From contig OZ223209.1 of NCBI GenBank assembly GCA_965140415.1, positions 576,001 to 640,000 on the forward strand: a DNA stretch of 64,000 nt. Direction: 5' to 3'. Positions 20,685 to 30,754 of the stretch are shown one piece after another (position 1 is the first letter of the stretch; every line of letters starts with the position of its first letter). Under the pieces are notes generated by a model. The model searched no databases. It saw only the letters and a program-made list of their open reading frames with translations, and was not told the DNA's origin. The translations under genes were made by a program, and so were the position numbers. This DNA comes from Myxococcota bacterium (GTDB lineage Bacteria > Myxococcota_A > SURF-8).

Positions 20685-21530
20685 ATGAAGGGATTGCGCA
20701 TGACGTGTGTACGATGGATCAGGTTGACGGAGCTTTTGCTGCTTTTCGTGTTGCTCATGCCTGCCTCCATTTCCAGAGCGAGTTTGGAGAACGAAGCCCA
20801 GTCTCTGCCTGCGCCTCCGGCTACGCCGAGCATCGAACTTTATACCGACTGGCGCATCGCTCCGGTAGTCGAAGATGTGGCGCGCCCCTTGCGCAGTGCC
20901 GGTATGCTTAATGTCAACTTGCATTCCTCTTCCAGTCTGCTGGCTTTCAAGAAGGTGGAGAAAGATGCTGCACACGCGGATGTGTTGATCGTGCAAAGCT
21001 GGTCGGTCATGGAACTGGCGATCAAGGCCGGGCTTGTCAATCGGCAGGACGTCATCACGCTGGCCAGCGATCGCCTTATCATGGCAGTGCGAACGAGCGA
21101 AAAGATTACGATGAATCCCTTGGATTTGCTGAAGAACAGCAAACCGGGGCAGCTATCGATTTGCGATCCTTCCAGTTGCCTGGCTGGTTTGCATGCGGAA
21201 AATGCCTTGAAGCGCATCGGACTTTGGAAAAAAACCGGAGAACGCGCCAAGCGCTATCCCAGTGTCGTGTTAGCCATTCAGGCCGTGGAACGAGGTGACA
21301 GCGACGGCGCCATCGTCTATCGCAGCGACATCGCGGGACACGAAACACTCAAGCAGGGTATGTCCTTTCCGAAGAACGCCTATCTTCCGATTTTGTATTT
21401 CGCCGCGCCCATCGCGCAGAGCAAAGATAAAACCAGCACGATCTCTTTTATCCGCAAACTGGTCGGTAAGGATTCTGGCGAAATCTGGATGAAACACGGC
21501 TTCAGCCCACCACCGGAAGGCATGCCCTGA
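20685..21530 (+). CDS. ModA-like substrate-binding protein (divergent)
   Basis: ICDP...G..AENALKRIGLW, VERGDSDGAIVYRSD, PILY match the ModA C-lobe; N-lobe anion-binding motifs altered. Confidence 0.75.
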   Translation: MKGLRMTCVRWIRLTELLLLFVLLMPASISRASLENEAQSLPAPPATPSIELYTDWRIAPVVEDVARPLRSAGMLNVNLHSSSSLLAFKKVEKDAAHADVLIVQSWSVMELAIKAGLVNRQDVITLASDRLIMAVRTSEKITMNPLDLLKNSKPGQLSICDPSSCLAGLHAENALKRIGLWKKTGERAKRYPSVVLAIQAVERGDSDGAIVYRSDIAGHETLKQGMSFPKNAYLPILYFAAPIAQSKDKTSTISFIRKLVGKDSGEIWMKHGFSPPPEGMP

Positions 21531-21706
21531 AGAATTGGTGGAATTGTTTATCGGATTGTCAGTCATTGTCGAGTGAAAACAGCCTACTTTTGTTACGACT
21601 GTTGGCTGACAAGAAAGTTGCCTGACGTAGGCAGCCATGCTAGATTGACGATTATGCAGTTGATCGTGGTCGTTCCGTTTTTCTCTCCTGATTGGGTAGG
21701 TAGACT

Positions 21707-22222
21707 GTGAACCATACATTCCACACTTCTCGAAGCGTTCGACTGTTATTAATGGCAATCAGTCTCACTTTCCTTTGTACATGCGGAGACGGAAACTTGT
21801 CTTCAGAAGATATCGCCAGTGGGCTTGCCGATAGATTGACCCAAAATCTGACGTTCATCAAAGGAGAAAGCGTTGCTGGAGGTCCACCTCCTTACCATGA
21901 GGGCTCAGATTGGCCACAAGTTGAGTTTGTCGATCCTCCCCAGCAGACGGTTCGGCTAGGCGATAGCTTTGAAATGGATATTAAAGCCATTTTCGACTCG
22001 CCTCAGCAAATCGATGGGGCTATGGTCTGGGTAAAAGATTCCAACTTTCATATTGATATCCGAGATTCGGTGAATCTTGATACAATGAAACTACATCTTG
22101 AAGCGAAACTTCTTTCCGACCCCGAACTGGCAGGTAAGACTTTCGATCTCTACGTTTCACTTTACCTGGGTGCGGAAACCGGACTGCACGAAACATGGCG
22201 AATCGAGATTCCTGAAGAATAG
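21707..22222 (+). CDS. Hypothetical lipoprotein
   Basis: 171-aa ORF with hydrophobic segment ending LCTC; lower GC. Confidence 0.6.
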   Translation: MNHTFHTSRSVRLLLMAISLTFLCTCGDGNLSSEDIASGLADRLTQNLTFIKGESVAGGPPPYHEGSDWPQVEFVDPPQQTVRLGDSFEMDIKAIFDSPQQIDGAMVWVKDSNFHIDIRDSVNLDTMKLHLEAKLLSDPELAGKTFDLYVSLYLGAETGLHETWRIEIPEE

Positions 22223-22295
22223 GAGTCTTGTCTTAGGTATTTTGTCGGATGAAAATCACATAGCTTAACTGATTATTTTAATGTCAGTCGATGGG

Positions 22296-22879
22296 TTTAA
22301 ATCCCTCGCCTTTAGGCGAAACCTTGAGGTTTTTCAATTGAGCGTGATAATGTCTTTGTCATGGAGAAATATCGCACCAGTTCGCATTCGCGTTTCGACC
22401 TGAAGTATCACTTTGTTTGGATAACGAAGTATCGGAAACCCATTCTTTCCGGCGCGGTAGGCAAGCGACTAAGGGATTTGGTAATTGAAGTTTGCAAGGC
22501 GAATGAGATCGAAATACTGCAAGGGCATGTAGCCAAAGATCACGTTCATCTGTTCGTGTCGTGTCCTCCGAATTTGTCTCCAAGCAAGATCATGCAGAAG
22601 ATCAAAGGAAAATCGTCACGGAAACTGATGATGGAGTTCAAGCACGTGCAAAAAGCTTTCTGGGGTCGTCATTTGTGGGCGCGAGGCTACTTTGTTGCGA
22701 GCAGCGGTAATGTGACGGATGAGACGATTCAGGAATATATCCGATTGCAGGAAGAAGGGGAACCGCCGGACGGTGGAGCCAATTTCAGAGTTGAGGGCGA
22801 AGATGCGTGACGACTTGAGTCGTCACGCCGTTGAACGACCACCCATAAATCCTTCGCCTTTAGGCGAAGGTAGTTTAAT
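22296..22879 (+). mobile_element. IS200/IS605-family element (tnpA only)
   Basis: tnpA flanked by directly repeated subterminal hairpins AAATCCYTCGCCTTTAGGCGAA at ~22299-22320 and ~22847-22870; extra hairpin 22805-22828; exact ends approximate. Confidence 0.9.
22361..22810 (+). CDS. tnpA: IS200-type HUH (Y1) transposase
   Basis: YHFVWITKYRK, DHVHL (HUH), KGKSSR, LWARGYFV, EYIRLQ catalytic Tyr. Confidence 0.97.
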   Translation: MEKYRTSSHSRFDLKYHFVWITKYRKPILSGAVGKRLRDLVIEVCKANEIEILQGHVAKDHVHLFVSCPPNLSPSKIMQKIKGKSSRKLMMEFKHVQKAFWGRHLWARGYFVASSGNVTDETIQEYIRLQEEGEPPDGGANFRVEGEDA

Positions 22880-22891
22880 TCCTGCTCCTGC

Positions 22892-23686
22892 CTAAGAGTT
22901 CCTAGCATTTGCCCGCGCTTTTTGTCGTTCAAATACATTTCCGATAAATTTGACTGCAAGCAGGGCACCGATCAGTAGCATCACTCGGCCACATACAAAA
23001 AAAATAATGCTCCATTCCATGCTGCTGTCACTATAGCGTTTGGCGGCCCATTCGAAAATATTGGATATCAGCCAGAGTCCCCACATTATGGAAATGAATG
23101 TCGCTGCGTTTTTTCCGCTTTCCTTTTCTTTCGATGAATCCGCACCACTTTCATTCCAAATCATTTTCATGATGGTATACGGTCTGACCAGATTATAGAA
23201 CGGGATAAAAAACCAGGCGATAATCCACCCCGGTTTAATGGAAAAACTTTTATCCTGTAACGCATGAATATTCTTTGCCATGCGAAGGAGACACGACACG
23301 AAAAGGATGATGGAAGCTACCTGTAATAGATGATTGATCCAAAGAAATGCGAGAGTGCCGCTCTCGATACCCGTAGGATAATACTCGAGTGAAATTAGAG
23401 ACTCAAAGATTGGTCTGTTTTTATCAAGCAACAGGTAAATGATGATCGTCAGTAAATTTGTAGCGGCAAAGGCAAGTAAAATCCTTGTCGTCCATGCTTT
23501 TAACTTTGAAGGAATATAGAAGCGATAGGCTTTGGTGATTGTAACCTTGCCCTGGTTTTCCTCGCGTCGTTGAAGATAGCCAAGATAAATCAGAGACCAG
23601 CCTATGGTGATGCTCAGAATAAATAATATGCAGAGAACGACTTCGCCCAAAGTGAATCCTTCGCAATATGAAACGATTTCAGTCAT
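22892..23686 (-). CDS. Membrane protein with DUF4328-like domain
   Basis: PGWIIAWFFIPFYNLVRPYTIMKMIW motif; several TM helices; low GC; AGGAG RBS before ATG 23686. Confidence 0.75.
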   Translation of the reverse strand: MTEIVSYCEGFTLGEVVLCILFILSITIGWSLIYLGYLQRREENQGKVTITKAYRFYIPSKLKAWTTRILLAFAATNLLTIIIYLLLDKNRPIFESLISLEYYPTGIESGTLAFLWINHLLQVASIILFVSCLLRMAKNIHALQDKSFSIKPGWIIAWFFIPFYNLVRPYTIMKMIWNESGADSSKEKESGKNAATFISIMWGLWLISNIFEWAAKRYSDSSMEWSIIFFVCGRVMLLIGALLAVKFIGNVFERQKARANARNS

Positions 23687-24968
23687 TGCTTTTCTTCTCC
23701 TCGGATTCACTGGCCAATTTGAAATTCAATAGAAATGTGGGCTCATTCCAGTAAGTAGGTTTTGCTTTGGCTATTCCTCCTTTATCCACCAAATCTTTTC
23801 CCACAGAGTAGAAGAGCTTTTCCCCCGGCTTGTACTTGAACGGTTGCCGGGTATACGGATCGAGTGGTAGTTCATCGAAATAATTCGGGACAAGATCGTT
23901 AAGACTATCAGGCAGGCGATGGTTATCCTCTGCATAGCAGCGCAGCGCAAGTTTCAGGAGGGCAGCTTCGGATAAGCCATTATTTCGAATTCTTACCCAC
24001 AGATAGTCTTTAAAAACATCAACAAAAAACTCGCGATCCCTTTCTGTGGACCAGTATAAGTTCTGCACGGTCAGTTCATCATGAAAAGGGAGGTGATCTA
24101 ATTCTTCATATTCCCAATCTACAGCCTCGATCAGATTTCTGAAACGGGTCGCCATTTCACGAACCATTTTGTTTTTAAATGGCGACAAGTAATAGATTTT
24201 CCAGATTATTCTGATTCTGGAATTCGTTTCTTCTGCAAGAAAGTGACATTGATCCAAACTGGATACATTAATCATGTATTCACCACGCAAGCCATTCCGA
24301 TAATGACCGATCCATCCATCGGGTCTTTGCAGAAGAGTATCAATCCTCTGTCTCGACTGACATGGGAAGCCCGGTTCGTCCATCAGATCGAGTAGAGCCG
24401 AAATCATGAATTTTTCCATTTGCTCGGCGATCATGACTTCGATCAGGCTCCCTTTAAGTGTAAGGATACGATTGGACAAGTCATGGATGCGACTGAGATC
24501 ATTGATTGCCTCATCCCAGTTACCATCGGAATAGTGAACGTAGGATCGAATCGCCAACAATCGTGCGAGTTGAATCCACCCGCTTTGATAGTAACTTTCA
24601 TAACTCATTTGAGGAGGATAGAACCGTTCTGCTTTTGGAAGGGTTAAAGCTCGATCAAGTTTCTGAAATAGTAGGTCATTCTCTGTAATTAAAGAAGAAG
24701 CCAGCTCGGAATTCCAATTCTCCGGATACGATCCAATCATAGATTCAAGAGTCTTTTCCAAGTGCTTCGGTGATGTTGCAGCTTTTCCAATCTCTACCAG
24801 AACTGGAAAAGCATTTTCATGTTGCGGGACATGGCCATACTCAAACCTGAGATCCGAATCGTCAACGGCTTCAAACGCGGCAAACTTGTAATAAAATAGA
24901 ATCGCCCCAACGATAATAAGGCAATTGAGAACCACAACCAGGATGGCAAATTTCCGGTATTTTCTCAT
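23679..24968 (-). CDS. Hypothetical membrane-anchored protein with C-terminal pseudopilin(GspG)-like motif
   Basis: N-terminal TM; C-terminal ALRCY...LPDSLNDLVPNYFDELPLDPYT...YSVGKDLVDKGG; low GC. Confidence 0.65.
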   Translation of the reverse strand: MRKYRKFAILVVVLNCLIIVGAILFYYKFAAFEAVDDSDLRFEYGHVPQHENAFPVLVEIGKAATSPKHLEKTLESMIGSYPENWNSELASSLITENDLLFQKLDRALTLPKAERFYPPQMSYESYYQSGWIQLARLLAIRSYVHYSDGNWDEAINDLSRIHDLSNRILTLKGSLIEVMIAEQMEKFMISALLDLMDEPGFPCQSRQRIDTLLQRPDGWIGHYRNGLRGEYMINVSSLDQCHFLAEETNSRIRIIWKIYYLSPFKNKMVREMATRFRNLIEAVDWEYEELDHLPFHDELTVQNLYWSTERDREFFVDVFKDYLWVRIRNNGLSEAALLKLALRCYAEDNHRLPDSLNDLVPNYFDELPLDPYTRQPFKYKPGEKLFYSVGKDLVDKGGIAKAKPTYWNEPTFLLNFKLASESEEKKSND

Positions 24969-25354
24969 TGATTTCCTTTTATCATGTTGTTCCCGCGTCA
25001 ACTCTTCGTCATCAAATCGATATGTCGAGCTTCGTATGCCGGGTGTTCGTCACCCGAGCCCCAAAGTTACTATGGTTGTCTGTGCATAATTTATACGATC
25101 ATCCTACACATGGATTGAAAAGGGCACAAGAGAAAAGACCCGGCTTGCTTGGCTGGGTTTGCAAAGCGACCACAAGTCTCATTCACCCACTCGTTGCCAA
25201 CTTGCCAAGTTTTGATATTTAGGTTATACTTCGCAAATCGTACGTTCATGGTGCGAGGGGAAGCAGTATACCCAACTACATTATTGAGGGATGCAGCAGT
25301 CATGAAGTCATGACGGAGGTATCCTGTATCATTCCCGTTTTGAAGGAGGATGTT

Positions 25355-26248
25355 ATGATGAGAGCTCTGTTCATGGCGTTTGCGGTGGTGATGTCGTTGT
25401 CGCTGATCCTGTTTGCCTGTAGTTCCAGTTCCCGAAGCGATGAAGAACTCTGCCAGGACGTGGTGGAAGCCTACTGTAAAAAATCGGTCGAGTGCGGCTC
25501 GGGCGGTCTGATTTTCGGCGTAACGGACGCCTCACAATGCGCCGCCGTGGCGGTATCGGAATGCAAGGATGATGAAGGCGAAGACGGCGACGACAGCTCC
25601 CAAAATTGTTCGGTTCCCGCAGAATCGACCATCGATGCCTGTATCGCACAGATGGGCCAGACCGAGTGCTCCGAGTTTGCCAACCTGGTAAACGTTGAAG
25701 GCCCCTGCAAGCAAGCCTATGATGCAATTGCCTGCGACGAAGAAGACCTGGACGGCGATAGCACCACGACCGATGGCGATAACACCACGACTGACGGCGA
25801 TAATGCTACGACCGATGGCGACAGCACCACGACAGACGGTGATAACGTCACAACCGATGGTGATCTGCCGACAGTCAATACCGCAGCCTGCGTTGCGGCG
25901 ATCAACTCCAGTTGCGATGTGGGAGACGCCTGCGTGCAGAAGTTCCCGAATCTGCCTGCAAAAGTCACGGGTTTTGTGGACAACTGCGACACGACGTTGG
26001 CTTCCAAACAGGCGGAGATCGAAAGCGCCTGTCAGGATTATCTGCAAACGGGCTTGCAGGCGGGCGATCCGTTGGCTGCCAATTTGAATAGTGCCTCGGC
26101 TGCGGTGGTGGAAGCCTGCGCGGGTGACATTAGTTGCGACTTGACCTTCGCTTCGGATCTGGCCGATGCTTACACCAACTACACCACCTCGAATTCGTCG
26201 ACGGACATGGCCGCGCTGTTGGCGCTGTTGCTGGCGGAGTGTTTTTAA
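25355..26248 (+). CDS. Cys-rich lipoprotein with central TTTDGD repeats
   Basis: AAGGAGG RBS, lipobox LFAC, two Cys-rich halves separated by DGDxxTT repeats. Confidence 0.8.
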   Translation: MMRALFMAFAVVMSLSLILFACSSSSRSDEELCQDVVEAYCKKSVECGSGGLIFGVTDASQCAAVAVSECKDDEGEDGDDSSQNCSVPAESTIDACIAQMGQTECSEFANLVNVEGPCKQAYDAIACDEEDLDGDSTTTDGDNTTTDGDNATTDGDSTTTDGDNVTTDGDLPTVNTAACVAAINSSCDVGDACVQKFPNLPAKVTGFVDNCDTTLASKQAEIESACQDYLQTGLQAGDPLAANLNSASAAVVEACAGDISCDLTFASDLADAYTNYTTSNSSTDMAALLALLLAECF

Positions 26249-26437
26249 AGAGCAGGGTTATCCACCCAGTGTGAATTGAATTGCGTCACAACAAAGGGTG
26301 CCACGGTTTTTCGCGAATGGCGAATGGCCGTGTAAACCAGAAGATTCCGGGCCATCGATTCATGCCGAATCGAAGACCCGGGCACCCATTTCCAATAGTT
26401 CAAATCAACTGATCGTGACTATACTCTCTAACCCCAT

Positions 26438-26479
26438 AAAGCAGCCGCGTCCCCGTCAATCGACGGAGACGCGGTTTTT
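26438..26479. terminator. Intrinsic terminator between convergent genes
   Basis: GCCGCGTCCCCGTC-AATC-GACGGAGACGCGGT followed by T run. Confidence 0.7.
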
Positions 26480-26547
26480 CTCTTTCTCTACTTATTGTGG
26501 AGACGCTACAAGGGGCAGATGATCACCAGTCGGCAGTTGGCGATCAC

Positions 26548-29277
26548 CTAGGGGGTTTCGAACGGAGTGCAAACCGGCGAACCGCAGACCGCACAGGTCG
26601 GGCAAGTCGGATCGGGAGGACAGGAATTACAGAAACTGTCCGCCGGGCAATCCGCATCGCTGGAACAGGGCAGCGCTTCGCATTCGCCATCGTAGTAAAT
26701 CTCCACACCCGCACAACGAGCTTCACAGGCGTTGCCGTAGGTTTGACCATCGGAGGCGCAAACCGGCTCGTAAACGTCGTCGCAGTTGCATACATCGACT
26801 ACACAAAGTCCTGCGCACTGCTGGATGCAGTGGTCCCAGCTTTCGCAACCCGGAGGCAGCAGGCATTCGCCTAATTCCAGCGAACAGATCATTCCCTCGG
26901 GGCAGACATTGGATCCGCTACTGAAGCAGTACATCCCGGAGTTGGGAATACACTCGCAGACTTCACAGCCGTTCGCCGTATTGGCGCAGTACAGATATTC
27001 CGTGCTGGTGTCGCATTCGGGAATGGCGATCGGGGGACAGGGCTCACATTCGCCTTCGTACAGAATCTCCGCGCCCGCGCATTGTGCGAAGCAGTCGTTG
27101 TCGTAGGTCTGACCGTCGGAGCCGCAAACCGGGGCATAGATTTCGTAGCAGGCGCAAGTGTCATCCGGCTGGCACAGGCCATTCACGCAGACTTCACCTG
27201 CCGCGCAATCCATGTTGGCGCTACAGGCATTCGGGTCATCGTAGCGACACGATCCGCCCTGGCAGCAGAAACCGGCGTCATCGCAGTATTCCCACAGTTC
27301 ACACCAGCCGCTGGAGCCACAATCGGAATCCACCTGGCATTCGAACCAGTCGCATTCGTTCCAGTATTCGCACTGGTTATTGATGCACTGCCAGTTGCCA
27401 CCTTCCGGGTGGGTGTCGTAGCAGTCTGCGTCGGTGCGGCATTCGACGTCGACCGGGACGCAGCAGAATCCACCCAATCCGCACAGCGGCTCGCCGAAAC
27501 CGAACACATCAACCGCTTCCCAGCCATCCGGGCAGACATCCGATTGACCGTAGAAGGGGAAGCATTCGCCGCCGATGTCGTAACACATTTCTTGAGGATC
27601 ATCATCCACACAGACTCCGCCTTCGGGCCACATGCCGGTATCCGGATCGGTGCTGCCATCCACAGGCGACTCGGTCGGATCGTCGGGATACACGATGAAT
27701 TCGCAGTGCTGACCCGCCGGGCATTCATCGTCGGAGTAGCAGGACTGTCCCTCGTCGCAGATGAACTGACAGGTGTTGTTGATGCAGTACACATTTCCTT
27801 CGCAGGGAGTGGCCATTTCGTAGATGGGGCAGTCGCTGTCGGTGTAGCATTCGATTTCCATCGGGACGCAGACGCCGCCTTCCCAGTAGGGCTCGCCGGT
27901 CTCAGGGTCCGTGGAAGTCGTTCCACCGTTCGGATCGGTCGGATCGCTCAGGAAATCACAGGTGTAACCAGCCGGGCATTCGTCGTCGGAGTAGCAGGGT
28001 TGTCCTTCGTCACAAATGAACTGGCAGGTGTAGTTGATGCAGTACATGCTTCCTTCGCAGGGAGTGGCCATTTCGTAAATGGGGCAGTCGCTGTCGGTGT
28101 AGCATTCGACTTCCATCGGGATGCAGACGCCGCCTTCCCAATAGGGCATACCGGTCGCCGGGTCCGTAGAGCTAGCATCGCCGTTCGGATCGGTCGGGTA
28201 GGCCAGATAATCGCAGATGTAACCCGCTGGGCAATCGCTGTCGTCCCAGCATTGAGGGTCGGTACAGTTGTACTCGTAGATGCACATATGGTTTTCGCAG
28301 TCAACAACGACGTCGCAGTAGGGATCCTCGGGCATACCGAGCAGGTAACAATCTTCGGGCACGTTGCATTCCCAGGGACGCGGTTCGCAAACGCCATCGG
28401 TGGGCATCGGCGGGAAATCGCCAACGCAGTAGCCGCCGCCGTAGCAGTCGAAACCATCGGCGCAGTCGACCAGTTCACACCACATACCTTCCGGGCAGTC
28501 GGCATCGCTCTGGCACTGGTAGTTTGGAGGAATCATGCCTTCGCCGTCTTCCGTCGTGCCGCTGCCGGAAGGAGCCACAGCGCCGTCGTCCATCGGATAG
28601 CTTTCCCACACGCACCAGTAGCCGTCCGGGCAGTCGCTGTCAGTTGTACAGGGCCAGTCTTCTTCGCAAGAGAACTGACACATGTCCTCGATGCAGGCCC
28701 AGTTTCCGACGCAATCGGGAGTGGGAAGGTCATAGTAGGGGCAATCGGCGGAGGTTTCGCACTGGGTGTCGCAGTCTTCGATGGTTACCCAGACTTCTCC
28801 GAATAACTGGGTTCTGAATTCATCGACCACTCGAATATGATAGGTGCGGTCGCGTTGCAGATTGTCGATCTCGGCCATCAGATCCATGTAGCACATGCAG
28901 TTGGTGGCTTCGTCGCTGGCGTTGATCTCGCGCAGTTCGAGTTCGGTGCCATCCGCTTCCAGAGCGAAAACGATTTCGGCGTTGCATTGATAGTGCGCAT
29001 CGTGATGAATCAGGGTCACGCTGTTATCGAAGTTGACGATCGCTTCGATCGGATTGTCCGCCGGAATAGCCTGATCGCTGCGGGCCAGCTTTGTGCCCGG
29101 CTGTTCTTTGCAGGCGCTTTGCACCGTGTTCCGAAGCCGGGGAGCGTCGGTATCATCGCCATCGGTAACGGTATCGCCGTCCGTATTCTCGGAAAAGTTC
29201 AGATCGCTGGCGGTACAGCTCATCAGCGCCACAGCCGCCAATGCCAGAAACATCCAAAGGCTTAGCTGTTTCATCAT
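26548..29277 (-). CDS. Cys-rich repeat lipoprotein with two Kazal-type domains
   Basis: AAAGGAG RBS, lipobox LMSC; many CxxDxDCPxGxxC repeats; CYEIYAPVCGSDGQTYDNDC and CDDVYEPVCASDGQTYGNAC Kazal motifs. Confidence 0.85.
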   Translation of the reverse strand: MMKQLSLWMFLALAAVALMSCTASDLNFSENTDGDTVTDGDDTDAPRLRNTVQSACKEQPGTKLARSDQAIPADNPIEAIVNFDNSVTLIHHDAHYQCNAEIVFALEADGTELELREINASDEATNCMCYMDLMAEIDNLQRDRTYHIRVVDEFRTQLFGEVWVTIEDCDTQCETSADCPYYDLPTPDCVGNWACIEDMCQFSCEEDWPCTTDSDCPDGYWCVWESYPMDDGAVAPSGSGTTEDGEGMIPPNYQCQSDADCPEGMWCELVDCADGFDCYGGGYCVGDFPPMPTDGVCEPRPWECNVPEDCYLLGMPEDPYCDVVVDCENHMCIYEYNCTDPQCWDDSDCPAGYICDYLAYPTDPNGDASSTDPATGMPYWEGGVCIPMEVECYTDSDCPIYEMATPCEGSMYCINYTCQFICDEGQPCYSDDECPAGYTCDFLSDPTDPNGGTTSTDPETGEPYWEGGVCVPMEIECYTDSDCPIYEMATPCEGNVYCINNTCQFICDEGQSCYSDDECPAGQHCEFIVYPDDPTESPVDGSTDPDTGMWPEGGVCVDDDPQEMCYDIGGECFPFYGQSDVCPDGWEAVDVFGFGEPLCGLGGFCCVPVDVECRTDADCYDTHPEGGNWQCINNQCEYWNECDWFECQVDSDCGSSGWCELWEYCDDAGFCCQGGSCRYDDPNACSANMDCAAGEVCVNGLCQPDDTCACYEIYAPVCGSDGQTYDNDCFAQCAGAEILYEGECEPCPPIAIPECDTSTEYLYCANTANGCEVCECIPNSGMYCFSSGSNVCPEGMICSLELGECLLPPGCESWDHCIQQCAGLCVVDVCNCDDVYEPVCASDGQTYGNACEARCAGVEIYYDGECEALPCSSDADCPADSFCNSCPPDPTCPTCAVCGSPVCTPFETP

Positions 29278-29358
29278 CCCATCTCCTTTCAACAACTGAT
29301 CTCTTTTCATTAAACCCTCTTAAAACCTGATCACGTTCACGTGTGGGTTCAAAGCTGT

Positions 29359-29375
29359 TGCAGGGGTTGTGCCAA
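29359..29375 (-). promoter_or_regulatory. sigma-54 (-24/-12) promoter
   Basis: Minus strand TTGGCACAACCCCTGCA, GG-N10-GC spacing, ~80 nt upstream of the start codon. Confidence 0.72.
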
Positions 29376-29484
29376 TTTGCAGCAAACTCTCAGATGAAGT
29401 CGTAACTATTTGCGATTACACTATATTCCTGCGTTGATTCTCGTCTCGATTTTGCTGGACATCCGCGCTGTTGTCAAGAAGATT

Positions 29485-29546
29485 TGTCAGGCTGGACTGA
29501 CAACGGGACAGCGGCGTCGGAGAAACTGTGTCGCGAAGTCTTGACA
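29485..29546. promoter_or_regulatory. Pair of TGTC-N10-GACA palindromes (candidate enhancer-binding-protein sites)
   Basis: TGTCAGGCTGGACTGACA 29485-29502 and TGTCGCGAAGTCTTGACA 29529-29546, 44 bp apart, 110-170 bp upstream of the sigma-54 site. Confidence 0.55.
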
Positions 29547-29605
29547 GGTTGGGACTCAATCCAGCGAATATAGGAGATGCTATCCATTATTAGCAATGCT
29601 TTTTT

Positions 29606-29673
29606 TGTAGCGGCGAGGCGTAAGCCCGCCGAAAAACACATTTAAAATGGCGGGCTTACACCTCGCCGCTACA
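29606..29673. repeat. GTAG-type REP doublet (REPIN/BIME-like)
   Basis: TGTAGCGGCGAGGCGTAAGCCCGCC and its inverted copy (24/25 identical), 18-nt spacer. Confidence 0.85.
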
Positions 29674-29726
29674 GGAAATCAAAAAACGAATCGCCAAAAA
29701 TGAATAAGAACCCGTCTAGCAGTCTA

Positions 29727-30515
29727 TCACCCAAGCTCCAGATGTTCCCGCACCCATTGCACCGCCTGGCGGTTGTCATCCGGCGTTTTTCCCTCTACCG
29801 TAACCGACCAGCACTGTTTTTGGCGCTGCACGAAATCGAGAAACGGGCGGTAATCGATGGAACAGCTTCCCGGCGGCAGGTGCAGATCTTCGCGGCCATG
29901 GTTGTCGTGCAGATGCATGTGGAAGAGTCGCCCGTCGAAATGCTGCAAATAGTCGCTCATGCTGAAATCAGCATCGTTTTTGAACATGTTGAAATGACCG
30001 ATGTCGAAACAGAAGCCCAATCGCGGGTGATTCAGTTCATCTATCACCTTGGCCAAAGGTTTCGGCGTGATATCGTAAATGTTCTCCAATACCAGCCGCA
30101 GGCGCTCGCCGGGTAACTCCTTCAACATGGCTTCATAAAAGCGAGCCGTCGCTTCGCTCCAATAATCGGCGCTGAAGCGATGGAAATAGGGGTTGTAGCT
30201 GGAATGCAAAACCAGCACTTCCGGGTCCAGAATCTCGGCAATTTCCAGACAGGTCAGTACACGCCGCCGGGCGATGTCGCGCAGGGCCACATCGTGGGAA
30301 GCGGGATCGAAACCGAAAATGGGACCGTGCAGAGAGAACGCCGGGATGGGGCCATCCTTCAGACGTTCGATCATGCGCCGGGTGTCGTTCTGCCGCCAGC
30401 CGTCCAGGGCTTCCCCGTGTAAACAGAATTCCAACGGCGCAGAGGCCGCCTCGTAGTATTCGATACCCGCTTCGAAGGTGCGGGTGGACAAATGCTGGTA
30501 AACCGGTTTTTCCAT
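29727..30515 (-). CDS. Sugar phosphate isomerase/epimerase (AP endonuclease 2 TIM-barrel) family protein
   Basis: SLHGP, LVLEN, FCFDIGH, HMHLHDNHGREDLHLPPG; AGGAG RBS before ATG 30515. Confidence 0.9.
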   Translation of the reverse strand: MEKPVYQHLSTRTFEAGIEYYEAASAPLEFCLHGEALDGWRQNDTRRMIERLKDGPIPAFSLHGPIFGFDPASHDVALRDIARRRVLTCLEIAEILDPEVLVLHSSYNPYFHRFSADYWSEATARFYEAMLKELPGERLRLVLENIYDITPKPLAKVIDELNHPRLGFCFDIGHFNMFKNDADFSMSDYLQHFDGRLFHMHLHDNHGREDLHLPPGSCSIDYRPFLDFVQRQKQCWSVTVEGKTPDDNRQAVQWVREHLELG

Positions 30516-30754
30516 TCTGATATTCTCCTGACGGCGAAACAGATCGCCAGTTCGCACTAACGGCTGCCATCATACGGTAGACATCCAATGCTGGCAAGTG
30601 GGGAGTATTCGATAAGACGTATTCTGTCCAGTGCTGCAAGTATAATGAAGGAAACTCTTTCACGTTTTGGCATGAGACTTGCTGTTTTTTACGTCCTGTC
30701 AATCACGAATCAACAACGGGTAAAAACAGTAAAAGATACAAAACGGAGATAAAT

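Noticed and set aside
27082-28806. 574-aa plus-strand ORF with internal repeats
   Set aside because: Antisense shadow of the Cys-rich gene; repeats mirror the sense strand
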